Shown here in pieces: positions 26,892-36,221 of a stretch of DNA of 45,817 nucleotides (position 1 is its first letter; each line of letters opens with the position of its first letter). The position numbers and the translations under genes are program-made. The DNA comes from a virus, in the IMG/VR virus record IMGVR_UViG_3300045520_000024, one strand, 5' to 3'. The notes below the pieces were generated by a model. The model saw only the letters and a program-made list of their open reading frames with translations, ran no database searches and was not told the origin of the DNA.

Positions 26892-27053
26892 TTAGTCCTC
26901 CTTGTAAGGCAGATTCCACCAACGTGTATCATCCAACCAGTGAGGTTCTGCCAATTTTTCTTTTCCGAATAAATTTTTGATACTGATCCACAACATTTTG
27001 CGACTAAAATCACTACTTAATTTGTATATCTCTTGTATCTCGTTTTTCGTCAC
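26892..27053 (-). CDS. Possible 53-aa protein (GTG start, MTKNEIQEIYKLSSDFSRKMLWISIKNLFGKEKLAEPHWLDDTRWWNLPYKED)
   Basis: RBS gagaggga upstream of the GTG at 27053. It lies directly after the MazG-like gene. Confidence 0.4.
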   Translation of the reverse strand: MTKNEIQEIYKLSSDFSRKMLWISIKNLFGKEKLAEPHWLDDTRWWNLPYKED

Positions 27054-27068
27054 TCTAATATCCCTCTC

Positions 27069-27299
27069 TCAATCTGCTAAATCCTCTGACTTAACAAATA
27101 CACCGTTCACCATCTTGCCTGTCCGTCCTGAGATTTCACTATATGCTTGATCTAAACATTCATCTAAACTCATTCCGTTTTGCTGAGCTAGTATGATTAG
27201 AGTAACCACTACATCGCCGATACCGTCTCTCAATTCATCTTTATCACTTCTTGTTAAAGCAGTAGCAACTTCTCCAACTTCCTCCTCAACTCTTAACAT
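27069..27299 (-). CDS. mazG: MazG-like nucleotide pyrophosphohydrolase (short form)
   Basis: The motifs EEVGEVATAL....ELRDGIGDVVVTLIILA are typical of MazG/all-alpha NTP-PPase. Confidence 0.65.
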   Translation of the reverse strand: MLRVEEEVGEVATALTRSDKDELRDGIGDVVVTLIILAQQNGMSLDECLDQAYSEISGRTGKMVNGVFVKSEDLAD

Positions 27300-27651
27300 T
27301 TTTGTCGAATTCCACTTCGCTATCGAAATACAAATCTATAAACTGAAACACATCAACCCTAGATTTAGTCGTCTCGTTAATAAAACGAATAAAAATTTCT
27401 TTTTTAATATTATTTTCGATATAGAAAACATAAAAACCGTAAGTTGCTCTAACAATCTTAACTGCACTTCTGCATAAATCTTTAAGCTCATTTTTGGTTA
27501 ATTCTCTACTTGCATCCATAACAATATTTGGTACTCCATCAACTACATGAGTTTTAGTTTTCCAGTTTTCGTCTTGCAATGAACCATAAAATAAAACTTT
27601 GCTATCACTGCTATTAATATCTGAAAACAAATTTAGCTGTTCATATTCCAT
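27286..27651 (-). CDS. Hypothetical protein
   Basis: ORF of 121 aa in the early operon. Confidence 0.5.
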   Translation of the reverse strand: MEYEQLNLFSDINSSDSKVLFYGSLQDENWKTKTHVVDGVPNIVMDASRELTKNELKDLCRSAVKIVRATYGFYVFYIENNIKKEIFIRFINETTKSRVDVFQFIDLYFDSEVEFDKNVKS

Positions 27652-27699
27652 AATTTCAACTCTTTCCGTTTTGGAAACTGTTCAACTGGTCTGTGTAGT

Positions 27700-28209
27700 T
27701 TATGCACTAATCACTTCTTTAGGTATCTCTAGTAATTCTGGATTCTCAAAGATATTTCCTATGACTTCTGAACGATATTGAGTAATATCGCCATCAGTTT
27801 TATATGGTTTAAAGGATCCATCGAATTCATCCTCAGTCATAAATACTTGTAAAAAGAAACCTCTAGATGGTCTGTACTTAACGATTCCATAGTGATAGCC
27901 TTCAAAATGAGTTTCTTGACCACCAAGTCCAATACCTCCAGGTCCTTCTGCATAATAATTAGAGTATGAATGCACGTATTTCTTAACGATGTCATTAGCA
28001 ACAATCGGATTCGGAACCTCCTGATTATCTTTCATTCCTGAATCTTGCATATAAATTAAGTGGTCCAAAACTTTGAAGCCGCCTTTTCCATCAGAACGCA
28101 GCATATCAATGCCACGTATGCCCTGTTCAGTAAATTCGAAATGGATGTTAGGCTCTTTACCAACTTCATACATTTTTTGTTTTTCACTGTCCCAAGCTCT
28201 ATATTTCAT
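27700..28209 (-). CDS. YopX-family protein
   Basis: MKYRAWD at the N-terminus and VIGNIFENPELLE at the C-terminus. Confidence 0.7.
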   Translation of the reverse strand: MKYRAWDSEKQKMYEVGKEPNIHFEFTEQGIRGIDMLRSDGKGGFKVLDHLIYMQDSGMKDNQEVPNPIVANDIVKKYVHSYSNYYAEGPGGIGLGGQETHFEGYHYGIVKYRPSRGFFLQVFMTEDEFDGSFKPYKTDGDITQYRSEVIGNIFENPELLEIPKEVISA

Positions 28210-28211
28210 AG

Positions 28212-29168
28212 CTATCCTCCTGCTTGTTGTTTAGGTTGACTCAACCTTTCGATTTTCGCTCTCATTTCTGCCTCTTCCTCAGGTGATAGAGGTGTTTCTT
28301 CGTAGATTTGATTTTCTGATGATGCCCAATCGGGTAGGGTTTCTTTGCGAGTTGATGATTTTGAATAGCTTTGTTGCCTATTTTGAAAAGCAGCATCATC
28401 TGCTTTAACTGCTTCCATGCTTAATATATTTCTCTTAGCCCAATTCTTCATAATACCCTCAGAGTATCTGAAACCTTTCTGCTCTTTAACAGCTCTAGAC
28501 ATAGCCTCAATGACCAATTCAACACCTATATCTTTAACCCAATGATTTATAGATTCACTCACAACTGGTGCTAAAACACCGAAGTTTTGTTGATAAAAAT
28601 CAAACGGATTAATTCCAGAAGTAGCAGCAAAATCTTTTAGCGTTTCTTTTTTACTGCTACTGTTGGTTATATGTTGGTGTTGGTTCTGTGTTGGTTCTGG
28701 TTGCAGTATCGTATCGATAGGGTATGTTTCATTTTCAGATACTATATCGATAGGGTATAAATCTTCTAATTTAGTTTTAATAGGATAATCTAATTTCATA
28801 CAGTTCATGACAACTTCTGATTTGAATTCAACTGTTTTTAGATTATCCAGCTCTTTATCAATAACTGGTGCCACTTTTGGTGATCTAGCGCTATTGTATT
28901 TCAACCAATTCACTAAAAGAACTTCGTTATTCTCTTTGTTAAAACGTATCTTTCCATTAGAGACAAAGAAATCAAGGAGTCTATTAACTTCCTCTTTCGA
29001 TATCCCAAGCTCAAACTGAGCGTATCTGTAACTAAATTCATAAGCACCACTCTGGGTTGTCTTATCGTTTGAAATCAGATAGAGATAAAACAACTTCTCT
29101 ATCTGACTACATTCCCCAATAAAATCATCCTTCCAGAAAGTGGTGTGAAGTTGTCTGTATATAGCCAA
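28212..29168 (-). CDS. Phage replisome organizer (N-terminal organizer domain plus DnaD-like C-terminal domain)
   Basis: N-terminus MAIYRQLHTTFWKDDFI. The C-terminal motif VIEAMSRAVKEQKGFRYSEGIMKNWAKRNI is present. Confidence 0.75.
   Translation of the reverse strand: MAIYRQLHTTFWKDDFIGECSQIEKLFYLYLISNDKTTQSGAYEFSYRYAQFELGISKEEVNRLLDFFVSNGKIRFNKENNEVLLVNWLKYNSARSPKVAPVIDKELDNLKTVEFKSEVVMNCMKLDYPIKTKLEDLYPIDIVSENETYPIDTILQPEPTQNQHQHITNSSSKKETLKDFAATSGINPFDFYQQNFGVLAPVVSESINHWVKDIGVELVIEAMSRAVKEQKGFRYSEGIMKNWAKRNILSMEAVKADDAAFQNRQQSYSKSSTRKETLPDWASSENQIYEETPLSPEEEAEMRAKIERLSQPKQQAGG
28677..28758. repeat. Candidate replication origin iterons inside the organizer gene
   Basis: Tandem gtgttggttct x2 (28677-28698). 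tatcgatagggtat x2 (28712-28725 and 28745-28758), spaced 33 bp apart. Confidence 0.45.
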
Positions 29169-29192
29169 CTAGTTATCCTCCTTCTGATTTAT

Positions 29193-29648
29193 TTAAAACG
29201 GTAAATCATCATCATTTATATCAATCTGACTAGAACCACCAAACGGATCATTATTCGCTAGATTGATTTCTGTGTACCCTTGCAACTCTTCGTTTGATAA
29301 ACCTTTATTCGATTGAGATTCACTTGAATCACGTTTCTCAAGTAATTGAAAGTTATCACATACTACTTCTGTAACAAAAACTTTTTGACCTTGCTGGTTC
29401 TCATAGTTCCTTGTCTGAATACGACCTACGACACCTATCAAAGTGCCCTTCTTAGCATAATTTGCTAATGTTTCAGCAGGTTTACGCCATATCACGCAAT
29501 TAACAAAGTCTGCTTCACGTTCACCACTTGCATTGGTAAAGTTACGGTTAACAGCCAAGTTGAAACTGGCAACAGCTGAACCGTTACTGGTAAATCTAAG
29601 CTCTGGATCTCTAGTAAGTCTTCCGACTAGGACTACATTGTTAATCAT
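29193..29648 (-). CDS. ssb: Single-stranded DNA-binding protein
   Basis: N-terminus [23 protein letters not shown] and the acidic tail DDDLPF. Confidence 0.9.
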   Translation of the reverse strand: MINNVVLVGRLTRDPELRFTSNGSAVASFNLAVNRNFTNASGEREADFVNCVIWRKPAETLANYAKKGTLIGVVGRIQTRNYENQQGQKVFVTEVVCDNFQLLEKRDSSESQSNKGLSNEELQGYTEINLANNDPFGGSSQIDINDDDLPF

Positions 29649-29796
29649 CTAAATCACCTTCACAGTCTGAACAATTTCTTTGGTGACCAGGTCCCTCTTT
29701 TAAAAATTTAGAACCTTTAACAATCAAATCATCCATAACTGCTCCACAACATTGGCAGTAAACTCCTTCTAAAATTAAATCTGCAATCTCTCCCAT
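29641..29796 (-). CDS. Small zinc-ribbon-like protein (51 aa)
   Basis: The ORF is [23 protein letters not shown]...[13 protein letters not shown]. It overlaps both neighbours at start and stop. It lies below the track cutoff. Confidence 0.45.
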   Translation of the reverse strand: MGEIADLILEGVYCQCCGAVMDDLIVKGSKFLKEGPGHQRNCSDCEGDLDD

Positions 29797-30533
29797 TATT
29801 TCTTCCTCCTAGCAATTTCTACTGTTTTGCCTATCACTTCTTCAAGTTCCTGCTTAAATCGTTGTGGGTCACTGTTTTCGCCACTTAAATGAAGAAGTAG
29901 AATCTGTTTTGCACTTGTTAAATCATTGTTTCTAAAAAAGTCTTTACATGTTTCTAAATTCATGTGACTTTTTATAATCCGGTCACGCAAGAATGGTAAA
30001 ATAATACCTTGTTCCACATTCTCGTCTAAAATATCAACCGAGTGATTACACTCAACTAGCCAATGTGTAATACCGCTAGGGAACTTCACAGGGCAATAAA
30101 TCGTGTCAGTGATAAAAACTATTCTTTCTTTACTTGGTGACTCTATGAGATAACCAACAGGCTCTGCAACGTCATGATTAACATCAAAAGCAATTATTTT
30201 CCAACCGCCTAGCATAAACTGTTTACCTACTTCAATTGCTTTATAGCGATATTTTGCTCTATCACTTAGAAAACCTTTATCAATACCAGCTTCAATCGTT
30301 CCTTGAGTTGCGTACATATCAAAACTCACACTGGCTAGAATATCGTTAGTATGTTTTATATGATCTCCGTGCTCATGAGTGACTAAAAGTCCGACTACAT
30401 TTTTCAAAGAAGCACCACTTTTTAGCACTTCTTTGAACTTAATACCTGCTTCAAGCATTAGTGAGGACTCACCATCTACTAGAATGTAATTATTTCCTTT
30501 AGATGATGAGCCATTCACTATGACCTCTAACAT
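29796..30533 (-). CDS. MBL-fold metallo-hydrolase (probable recombination nuclease)
   Basis: HEHGDH motif. It is adjacent to RecT. Confidence 0.75.
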   Translation of the reverse strand: MLEVIVNGSSSKGNNYILVDGESSLMLEAGIKFKEVLKSGASLKNVVGLLVTHEHGDHIKHTNDILASVSFDMYATQGTIEAGIDKGFLSDRAKYRYKAIEVGKQFMLGGWKIIAFDVNHDVAEPVGYLIESPSKERIVFITDTIYCPVKFPSGITHWLVECNHSVDILDENVEQGIILPFLRDRIIKSHMNLETCKDFFRNNDLTSAKQILLLHLSGENSDPQRFKQELEEVIGKTVEIARRKK

Positions 30534-31360
30534 TAGAAGTCACGCTTTCTTTTTTGTGGTTGTTCTTTCTCTAAATCACTTAAATTATTGAAAAGCGTTT
30601 CTTGAGTTTCTTCTTGATTTGGTATTTTAGTTCCAATAGTTTCAGTTGATTCAGGAAGTTCTTTCTTTTCTTCCTGATTCTCTTTTATTTCGCCAGTTTC
30701 AAAATCAATAGGAATCTTATTCGCGTGTTCTTCAACTTCTTGATTAAGTTCATCGACAGCATCAACTACTTTAAAATCAGCATCCATGTCTTTAGCTTCT
30801 TCAACTGAATACAATCCCATAATCATGTCAGGGCAATTCAAACGACCAAAGAATGAAGCTGCTCTATATCGAATCATGACCTCGGGCATTGTTTTCCATT
30901 TAGACATGCTTTTGCTAACCCAACCTTCCGCCTTAGCCATTTCCATAGTAATTTTAGGCCCTTTAATCACTCGGTCAGAATAATCTTCAACGTAAGCAGT
31001 ACACTCAAGCGTATCACCTTTGCCTTTCATTTCGAATTGAATTTCTGTTTTATATTTTTTTGAGTTATTAATCATTGCGATAATGTATTGGCTTGACCAA
31101 GCCGGACGACCGTTAACAACATAAAGGTTTTGCATCACCATTAAAGGGCTTGTTTTCAAGCGATTAGCCATTTCTAAGGCAATCATGCTATTTCCCAATC
31201 CTTTTTCACCTTGATAATCTTTAGGTACGATTGTTGATGACGATAAAGCCTTAGCCATTCTCATTGCTGTTTGAAACGCATCTGGATTTGACCAAATATC
31301 TGTTAAATTTTGATTATTAGTTGGATTAACTTCTTTTCTTTCTGCTACTTGATTTCCCAT
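30533..31360 (-). CDS. recT: RecT-family single-strand annealing protein
   Basis: The motifs VVNGRPAWSSQY and MIRYRAASFFGR are present. It lies between the ATPase and the nuclease/SSB genes. Confidence 0.6.
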   Translation of the reverse strand: MGNQVAERKEVNPTNNQNLTDIWSNPDAFQTAMRMAKALSSSTIVPKDYQGEKGLGNSMIALEMANRLKTSPLMVMQNLYVVNGRPAWSSQYIIAMINNSKKYKTEIQFEMKGKGDTLECTAYVEDYSDRVIKGPKITMEMAKAEGWVSKSMSKWKTMPEVMIRYRAASFFGRLNCPDMIMGLYSVEEAKDMDADFKVVDAVDELNQEVEEHANKIPIDFETGEIKENQEEKKELPESTETIGTKIPNQEETQETLFNNLSDLEKEQPQKRKRDF

Positions 31361-33456
31361 TATGCTGCTACCTCCGATTTAATATTTTGAACATTAACTC
31401 TTAAAGAGTTATCTTCTTTACTTGCATTTAAAGCAATGACTTGTGTATCTGTTTCAAAGGTTTCTGTTAACCCCTCAGCGTTGTCTAGGAATAAAGGTAC
31501 ATAAATGCCTTCTGCTCTCATCAACGTGTCACAGATATCAATTTTAGCTTTGATTTGCTCCCCATTTGACATATCACGATATCTCACATCATTTAGTTCT
31601 GGTTCACAGATAGACTCATCTAGATTTCCGTTGTCGTAATAATCGAAAAGTTTAAACTGGATAAATTTGAAATTTTTATTGATGTTTTCTTCTAACAAGC
31701 TAACTTTAGTAATAAAGAAGTTTTCAAAGAGTAATAACTCAGCTTCAATCTCACCTTTTTCAGCTGACATCTGCTTTTCTTCTTCAATCAACTGATTAAT
31801 AACTGATTGCTGTCTGTTGTACTCATTAACGACCGCTAGCTTTTCATCAATTGCTCTTACCTCTGCTTTAAACCCACTGATAATCTGTTGTTTTGCTTCT
31901 ACAGATGATTCAATAGATTTGTTCAATTCAGTAATTTCTTTCTCTAATTCAGCAATTTCGGCCTGAATATTGGCATACTCTTCTGATTCAACGAAAGGTA
32001 CTAAATTATCAGTAATATCTTTAATTTGAGCAGCAACTTTTTCACCTTCAAGTTTTGCTTGCTCTAATTCTTGGGTAATTTTAGCTACTGTTTCTTTTTT
32101 AGCTGATAAAACATTTTTTAAATCATTAGTTTTCTCGGTAATGACTTCAATTTCTTCGCTAGCTTCTTTTCCTAATTGGTTGATACGTTCAAATTCAGCA
32201 TCATTGTGGTCATTAAAAGCTTTAATAGCTGCTGCTTTTTCTTGCTCATATTTAGCTAGTCGTTCTTTTTCACTAGACTCAAAGTTTTCTCTTATTTCTT
32301 CTTGATCTTCAAATTCCCAAGCTCGTTTACATGTCGGACATGCTAGTTGATGTTCATCAAATGATTGAGGAATAAAAGCTTCATGTTCATAAGTAGATTC
32401 CTCAATTTTATCAAGTTGCTTCCCATAATTAGTTAACTCAGTTTCTAATCGTTTAAGATATTCTTGATTTTTTTCAATTTCTAAAGCTGTTGCAAATTCT
32501 TCTTCATTAGCATCAGTTAAACGATTTTCTACTTCACGATAAGCTATTCTTAACTCACTTCTTTTATCCTCTAAATCAGCCGTTTTCTTTTTCTGATTAG
32601 AAGAATAATCAGTTTCAGCAGCTCTTAGCTGACTTTCTTTTTCTTTAATAAAATTCTTTTTATCAGTAACTGCAGAACCATTTTTAAGAGCTAATAAGTC
32701 CTGTTCTTCTTTATCAATTGAGATAAAAAGCTCTGATTTTTCAGTATTTAAAGCTTCTTGATTAATTTCAGTAATATCAGGTAACGCTTTTCTAATCCCT
32801 TTAATTTGTGGATTAACTTCTTTAATAGATTTCTCAAGGGACTGTTTCTTTTGAAGTAACTTCTTGTTCTCATCTTCAAGTGATGATGTACCAAGATATT
32901 TTAGTAATGGTGATAACTCTTTGTTAGACTCAATAATCTCTTCATCTGTTTTAGAACCAAAGTATTCAAATAAGATTTCTCGACGTTCAGAAGCTTTTAA
33001 GCTTTCCATAAAGTAGCTGCCATTAGTTAAATACTTGAATTTGTCCTTATCAATCAACTCAGCGACTTTCTCGTCATAAGCTTTTTTAGTATTAAGTTTT
33101 AGATCATCAACATAGTAAACTGGCTCTTTATTGATTCCGCCACTTTTAACATTTTTCTTCTTATTCAATTCTTTAGTAAATTTTCGCTCAGTCCCATTAA
33201 CAGAAAGAATAAGAGAAACACTAACTCCTGCTAACTCGTCAACGTCATTTCCCCTTGGTTCAAAGTCAAATTCAGTCTTTTCTTTAGAATCTTTATGGAA
33301 CAAGCACCAAGTGAAAGCATCGTAGATTGTGGTCTTACCTGCTCCATTTTTACCATAAACATCAACGTCTGCGCCTTTTGGTTCTAATTTGAAATGAGTA
33401 GCACCTTTGAAGTTGATTAATTCAATAGATACTAACTCAATAGTTTTGTTGGTCAT
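31360..33456 (-). CDS. Rad50/SbcC-like SMC-type ATPase with a CxxC zinc hook
   Basis: Walker A GKNGAGKTT and a long coiled coil. The CPTC hook is at nt 32329-32340. The C-terminal region reads LFLDNAEGL. Confidence 0.75.
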   Translation of the reverse strand: MTNKTIELVSIELINFKGATHFKLEPKGADVDVYGKNGAGKTTIYDAFTWCLFHKDSKEKTEFDFEPRGNDVDELAGVSVSLILSVNGTERKFTKELNKKKNVKSGGINKEPVYYVDDLKLNTKKAYDEKVAELIDKDKFKYLTNGSYFMESLKASERREILFEYFGSKTDEEIIESNKELSPLLKYLGTSSLEDENKKLLQKKQSLEKSIKEVNPQIKGIRKALPDITEINQEALNTEKSELFISIDKEEQDLLALKNGSAVTDKKNFIKEKESQLRAAETDYSSNQKKKTADLEDKRSELRIAYREVENRLTDANEEEFATALEIEKNQEYLKRLETELTNYGKQLDKIEESTYEHEAFIPQSFDEHQLACPTCKRAWEFEDQEEIRENFESSEKERLAKYEQEKAAAIKAFNDHNDAEFERINQLGKEASEEIEVITEKTNDLKNVLSAKKETVAKITQELEQAKLEGEKVAAQIKDITDNLVPFVESEEYANIQAEIAELEKEITELNKSIESSVEAKQQIISGFKAEVRAIDEKLAVVNEYNRQQSVINQLIEEEKQMSAEKGEIEAELLLFENFFITKVSLLEENINKNFKFIQFKLFDYYDNGNLDESICEPELNDVRYRDMSNGEQIKAKIDICDTLMRAEGIYVPLFLDNAEGLTETFETDTQVIALNASKEDNSLRVNVQNIKSEVAA

Positions 33457-33516
33457 TTTCTAATCCTCCATTTTGTGTTATAATTGATTCAAATAAATTT
33501 ATGCAATATCTCGTTT

Positions 33517-33900
33517 CTAGTTAGTGTTCTCAGCACTAGCTAGATTTTTTGTTTCTAATAGTTCTGGATTATCGTAGATGTTGCCGATGACAGTACCAGG
33601 GCTCATACAAACTCCCATCGAAACAGATTTCACATCCCATTTCTCTTTCAATCCATTTTGTTCGACAGCTTCAAAACAACAATCTGACTGATTAAACGTA
33701 ATTTGCCAGCACGTTGTTCCGTTTGACAAAATATCTCCCTCATAAATCTCAACACCGTTTTTATCTTTTAATCCTGTGTATTGTTGAAACACCAAACCTC
33801 TATCATCTAAATACTCAAAAGTAAATTCTTTTTTAACTTGTTCCCAATCGTAAAGATTTTTTTCTAATTTACACCATGCTCTAAACGTAATTTCTCTCAC
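33517..33900 (-). CDS. YopX-family protein (second paralog)
   Basis: MREITFRAW at the N-terminus and VIGNIYDNPELLE at the C-terminus. Confidence 0.7.
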   Translation of the reverse strand: MREITFRAWCKLEKNLYDWEQVKKEFTFEYLDDRGLVFQQYTGLKDKNGVEIYEGDILSNGTTCWQITFNQSDCCFEAVEQNGLKEKWDVKSVSMGVCMSPGTVIGNIYDNPELLETKNLASAENTN

Positions 33901-34121
33901 TCTTCATCACCTCTTTCATGTCCAAACTTAGCCTCATAACTATTAAATTCGTAGTTCATAAACCAAATCATAGCTACTGGTATAAGTGATAAAAATATGT
34001 CTTTACCAAACTTAGCGAAGCCTAATCCACCTATAACAAAAAGTATTAATCCAAACCCGATAATTCTACCCTCATACACTTTTTTCATGATCTTTCCTCC
34101 AAGAAATTTCTTTAAATCCAA
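33897..34121 (-). CDS. Small two-TM membrane protein (likely start MKKVYEG at 34088)
   Basis: Hydrophobic segments IIGFGLILFVIGGLGFA and IFLSLIPVAMIWF. Confidence 0.45.
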   Translation of the reverse strand: MDLKKFLGGKIMKKVYEGRIIGFGLILFVIGGLGFAKFGKDIFLSLIPVAMIWFMNYEFNSYEAKFGHERGDEE

Positions 34122-34260
34122 AATAGATACCTCCTAAACCGATAATTACTAAAATACCAACTAATATTTGTGGGACCATCACTTACTCCTATCTTTGAAC
34201 TCAACTACAGCAAACATAATAATTATCACTACGATAGTTGCTGCTACACCTTTCCAGTCG

Positions 34261-34539
34261 TTATGCATTTTGTAGCTCCTTTTTTCTAATTTCTACTATT
34301 GGAGTAGGTTCTTTTGCGTCAAGATACTTCTTAGCAAACTGTTTATCTGCGTATTTTGATAAATCCTCTTGAGTAGCTACCATTTCCTTCTCGAATCGTT
34401 CTACCTCAAATAGCGGAATAATAAGAGTAGGCATTTTCATAGGTCTTAATCGTTTGTCATGAATCAAATTTCTTACTGTTTCTTGACTAGATTTCCACTT
34501 TTGAGCTAATTCTTTAACTGTGTAAATATCTTGAATCAT
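34261..34539 (-). CDS. Excisionase-family-type HTH DNA-binding protein
   Basis: The motif YTVKELAQKWKSSQETVRNLIHDKRL (HTH_17-like) is present. Confidence 0.5.
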   Translation of the reverse strand: MIQDIYTVKELAQKWKSSQETVRNLIHDKRLRPMKMPTLIIPLFEVERFEKEMVATQEDLSKYADKQFAKKYLDAKEPTPIVEIRKKELQNA

Positions 34540-34540
34540 T

Positions 34541-35071
34541 TTAATTCCCCTTTCTCATGTAGCCTCTCTGTTGCCAATATGGCATACGTTTCTCAACTGC
34601 TCTGTTTACTGTCACATCACATAATTCAAGAAGCGATACTAACATTGTTGTTTCGACCATAATTTCATCCAGGAACTCCATTGAGTAATCTAAAATGATA
34701 TCTTTGTCTTCACGACTTAATGTACCGTCATTTAAAGTAAGAACTTCTAAAGCCCTGTCTTTCTTAGCTTTCCGCTCATTCGATTCTTTTTGCTGCAATA
34801 TATCTAAAGCTAAAGGATTATTCTGATACTTATCTCCTGTCATAGCTGATACTGCTCCAAAGAAGATGTATGCCATTTCTAAACTGAATTTTGAATCATT
34901 AATTGATTCAGCGTATTGCTCTGCTTTTTGAATCGTCACAGCTTTTTTACCTGTTACATGGTCACTAAACGTTGCTTGTGGTGTTTTAGATTCACCTGCT
35001 ATAAATTTTTGTTGATAATCATTTCTTGCTAATGCATCCATTAACGGACTCGCTAATACATGACTTGTCAT
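34541..35071 (-). CDS. Hypothetical early protein
   Basis: ORF of 176 aa in the early operon. Confidence 0.5.
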   Translation of the reverse strand: MTSHVLASPLMDALARNDYQQKFIAGESKTPQATFSDHVTGKKAVTIQKAEQYAESINDSKFSLEMAYIFFGAVSAMTGDKYQNNPLALDILQQKESNERKAKKDRALEVLTLNDGTLSREDKDIILDYSMEFLDEIMVETTMLVSLLELCDVTVNRAVEKRMPYWQQRGYMRKGN

Positions 35072-35083
35072 TTCAAATCTCTC

Positions 35084-35245
35084 CTATCCGTAACAAGCTT
35101 CACTCAATTCCCTTTCAGCAAATTGTTGAGCTTGTTCAAAGTGTATTTGTACTTGTTCATCTGTCGCGAACTTGATAATATGAATCATTTTTGGTTTAAT
35201 CGCTAAGATAAATGCGATTTTTTCTTTTTTCTCTTTTTCAGTCAT
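35084..35245 (-). CDS. Small hypothetical early protein (53 aa, MTEKEKKEKIAFILAIKPKMIHIIKF...)
   Basis: RBS gaggaa. It lies below the track cutoff. Confidence 0.4.
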   Translation of the reverse strand: MTEKEKKEKIAFILAIKPKMIHIIKFATDEQVQIHFEQAQQFAERELSEACYG

Positions 35246-35391
35246 TGATATTCCTCATTTCGTATCGATTGAGCCCTAATACGCTCACTTTTGTAATAAA
35301 ATATAATTAAGACTTGAAAGTCTTTTGTTACCTTCCTTGCTATAATTAGTTATCAGTACTGCCATGCTGAAATATATTAAGCGAGGTGAAA

Positions 35392-35628
35392 ATGATGGTT
35401 GAAGTCTTTTTTCATAATTTAACTGATAAAGAGAATGATTTAATACAGCTTCACTCTTTACCTAGAGTTGGGGATACTTTAGGATTAGCACCTTCAGAAC
35501 AATTCTTTTTAGTAAAAGGTGTTACTCAAAATAAATTCGATACTGAAAAGCATTTAAGAGAAAACTATGAATATGAAGTTTATGCGGTTCGTATCGGTCA
35601 ATCTGAATGGGTCAAATCTCTACGTTAA
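35392..35628 (+). CDS. Reverse-oriented hypothetical protein inside the early operon
   Basis: Extended -10 TGCTATAAT at 35338-35346 and RBS gaggtg. Its 3' end overlaps the convergent minus-strand ORF. Confidence 0.5.
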   Translation: MMVEVFFHNLTDKENDLIQLHSLPRVGDTLGLAPSEQFFLVKGVTQNKFDTEKHLRENYEYEVYAVRIGQSEWVKSLR

Positions 35629-35883
35629 TTCTTTATATGATGTGAAAGAAAAATCTGATGGGATAGAACATTTTTTTATCCAATATTTATCTTTATAGAA
35701 ATGTTCTGTCTCATTTTTGTAGACTTCTAAATCTTGAATAATTATAGTTTCTGGAAATGAACTATTAATTTTTTTATGAATCCACATCAAATCACCATCA
35801 ACTATTTTTACTATTCCGAAAAATTGACCACTTATTTCTATACCGTCACCAACTTTAAAGTAGCCGTTGTGTTCTTGTTCCAT
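35620..35883 (-). CDS. Hypothetical early protein
   Basis: ORF of 87 aa directly after the Cro-like gene. Confidence 0.5.
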   Translation of the reverse strand: MEQEHNGYFKVGDGIEISGQFFGIVKIVDGDLMWIHKKINSSFPETIIIQDLEVYKNETEHFYKDKYWIKKCSIPSDFSFTSYKELT

Positions 35884-36123
35884 TTAAACTACCTCCTTTT
35901 GTTTCGATTTTCGATACTCCGAACTGAAAATTTTTTCAATCGGAATCCCTAAGATCTTAGCTAATGCAGGTAACTCTTCGGGTTGAAATTTGTACTCACC
36001 TGTTTCACGTCTATAATATTTAGATTTATTGTTAAATCCAAGCTTTATAGCCATGTCATTTAGAGAGTAACCTTTATCTTGCCTAGTTTCTTTAATCAAG
36101 TCTAAGTTTACTTTGTAAATCAT
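35884..36123 (-). CDS. Cro-like XRE-family HTH regulator
   Basis: The motif GYSLNDMAIKLGFNNKSKYYRRETG is present. It is divergent from the repressor gene. Confidence 0.7.
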   Translation of the reverse strand: MIYKVNLDLIKETRQDKGYSLNDMAIKLGFNNKSKYYRRETGEYKFQPEELPALAKILGIPIEKIFSSEYRKSKQKEVV

Positions 36124-36143
36124 GTTGTCGCCCCTTTCTTGTA

Positions 36144-36221
36144 TCGATTTTAGCAACTTTATATTCATAGTATACATTGCGATTTTAGATACGTCAATAT
36201 AAAAGTAGCGATTTTAGGTAC
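36144..36221. promoter_or_regulatory. Three operator-like repeats containing CGATTTTAG
   Basis: tcgattttagcaac (36144-57), gcgattttagatac (36179-92) and gcgattttaggtac (36208-21). Confidence 0.55.
36169..36197 (-). promoter_or_regulatory. Early lytic promoter (TTGACG, 17-nt spacer, TATACT)
   Basis: Read on the minus strand. The middle operator copy lies in the spacer. Confidence 0.6.

Noticed and set aside
31360-33456. The SMC-like ATPase as a Lamassu/Wadjet/Gabija-type defence component
   Set aside because: It is embedded with overlapping start and stop codons in a RecT-nuclease-SSB-replisome organizer operon on the lytic strand. That context fits phage recombination and replication, not a lysogen-expressed defence system.
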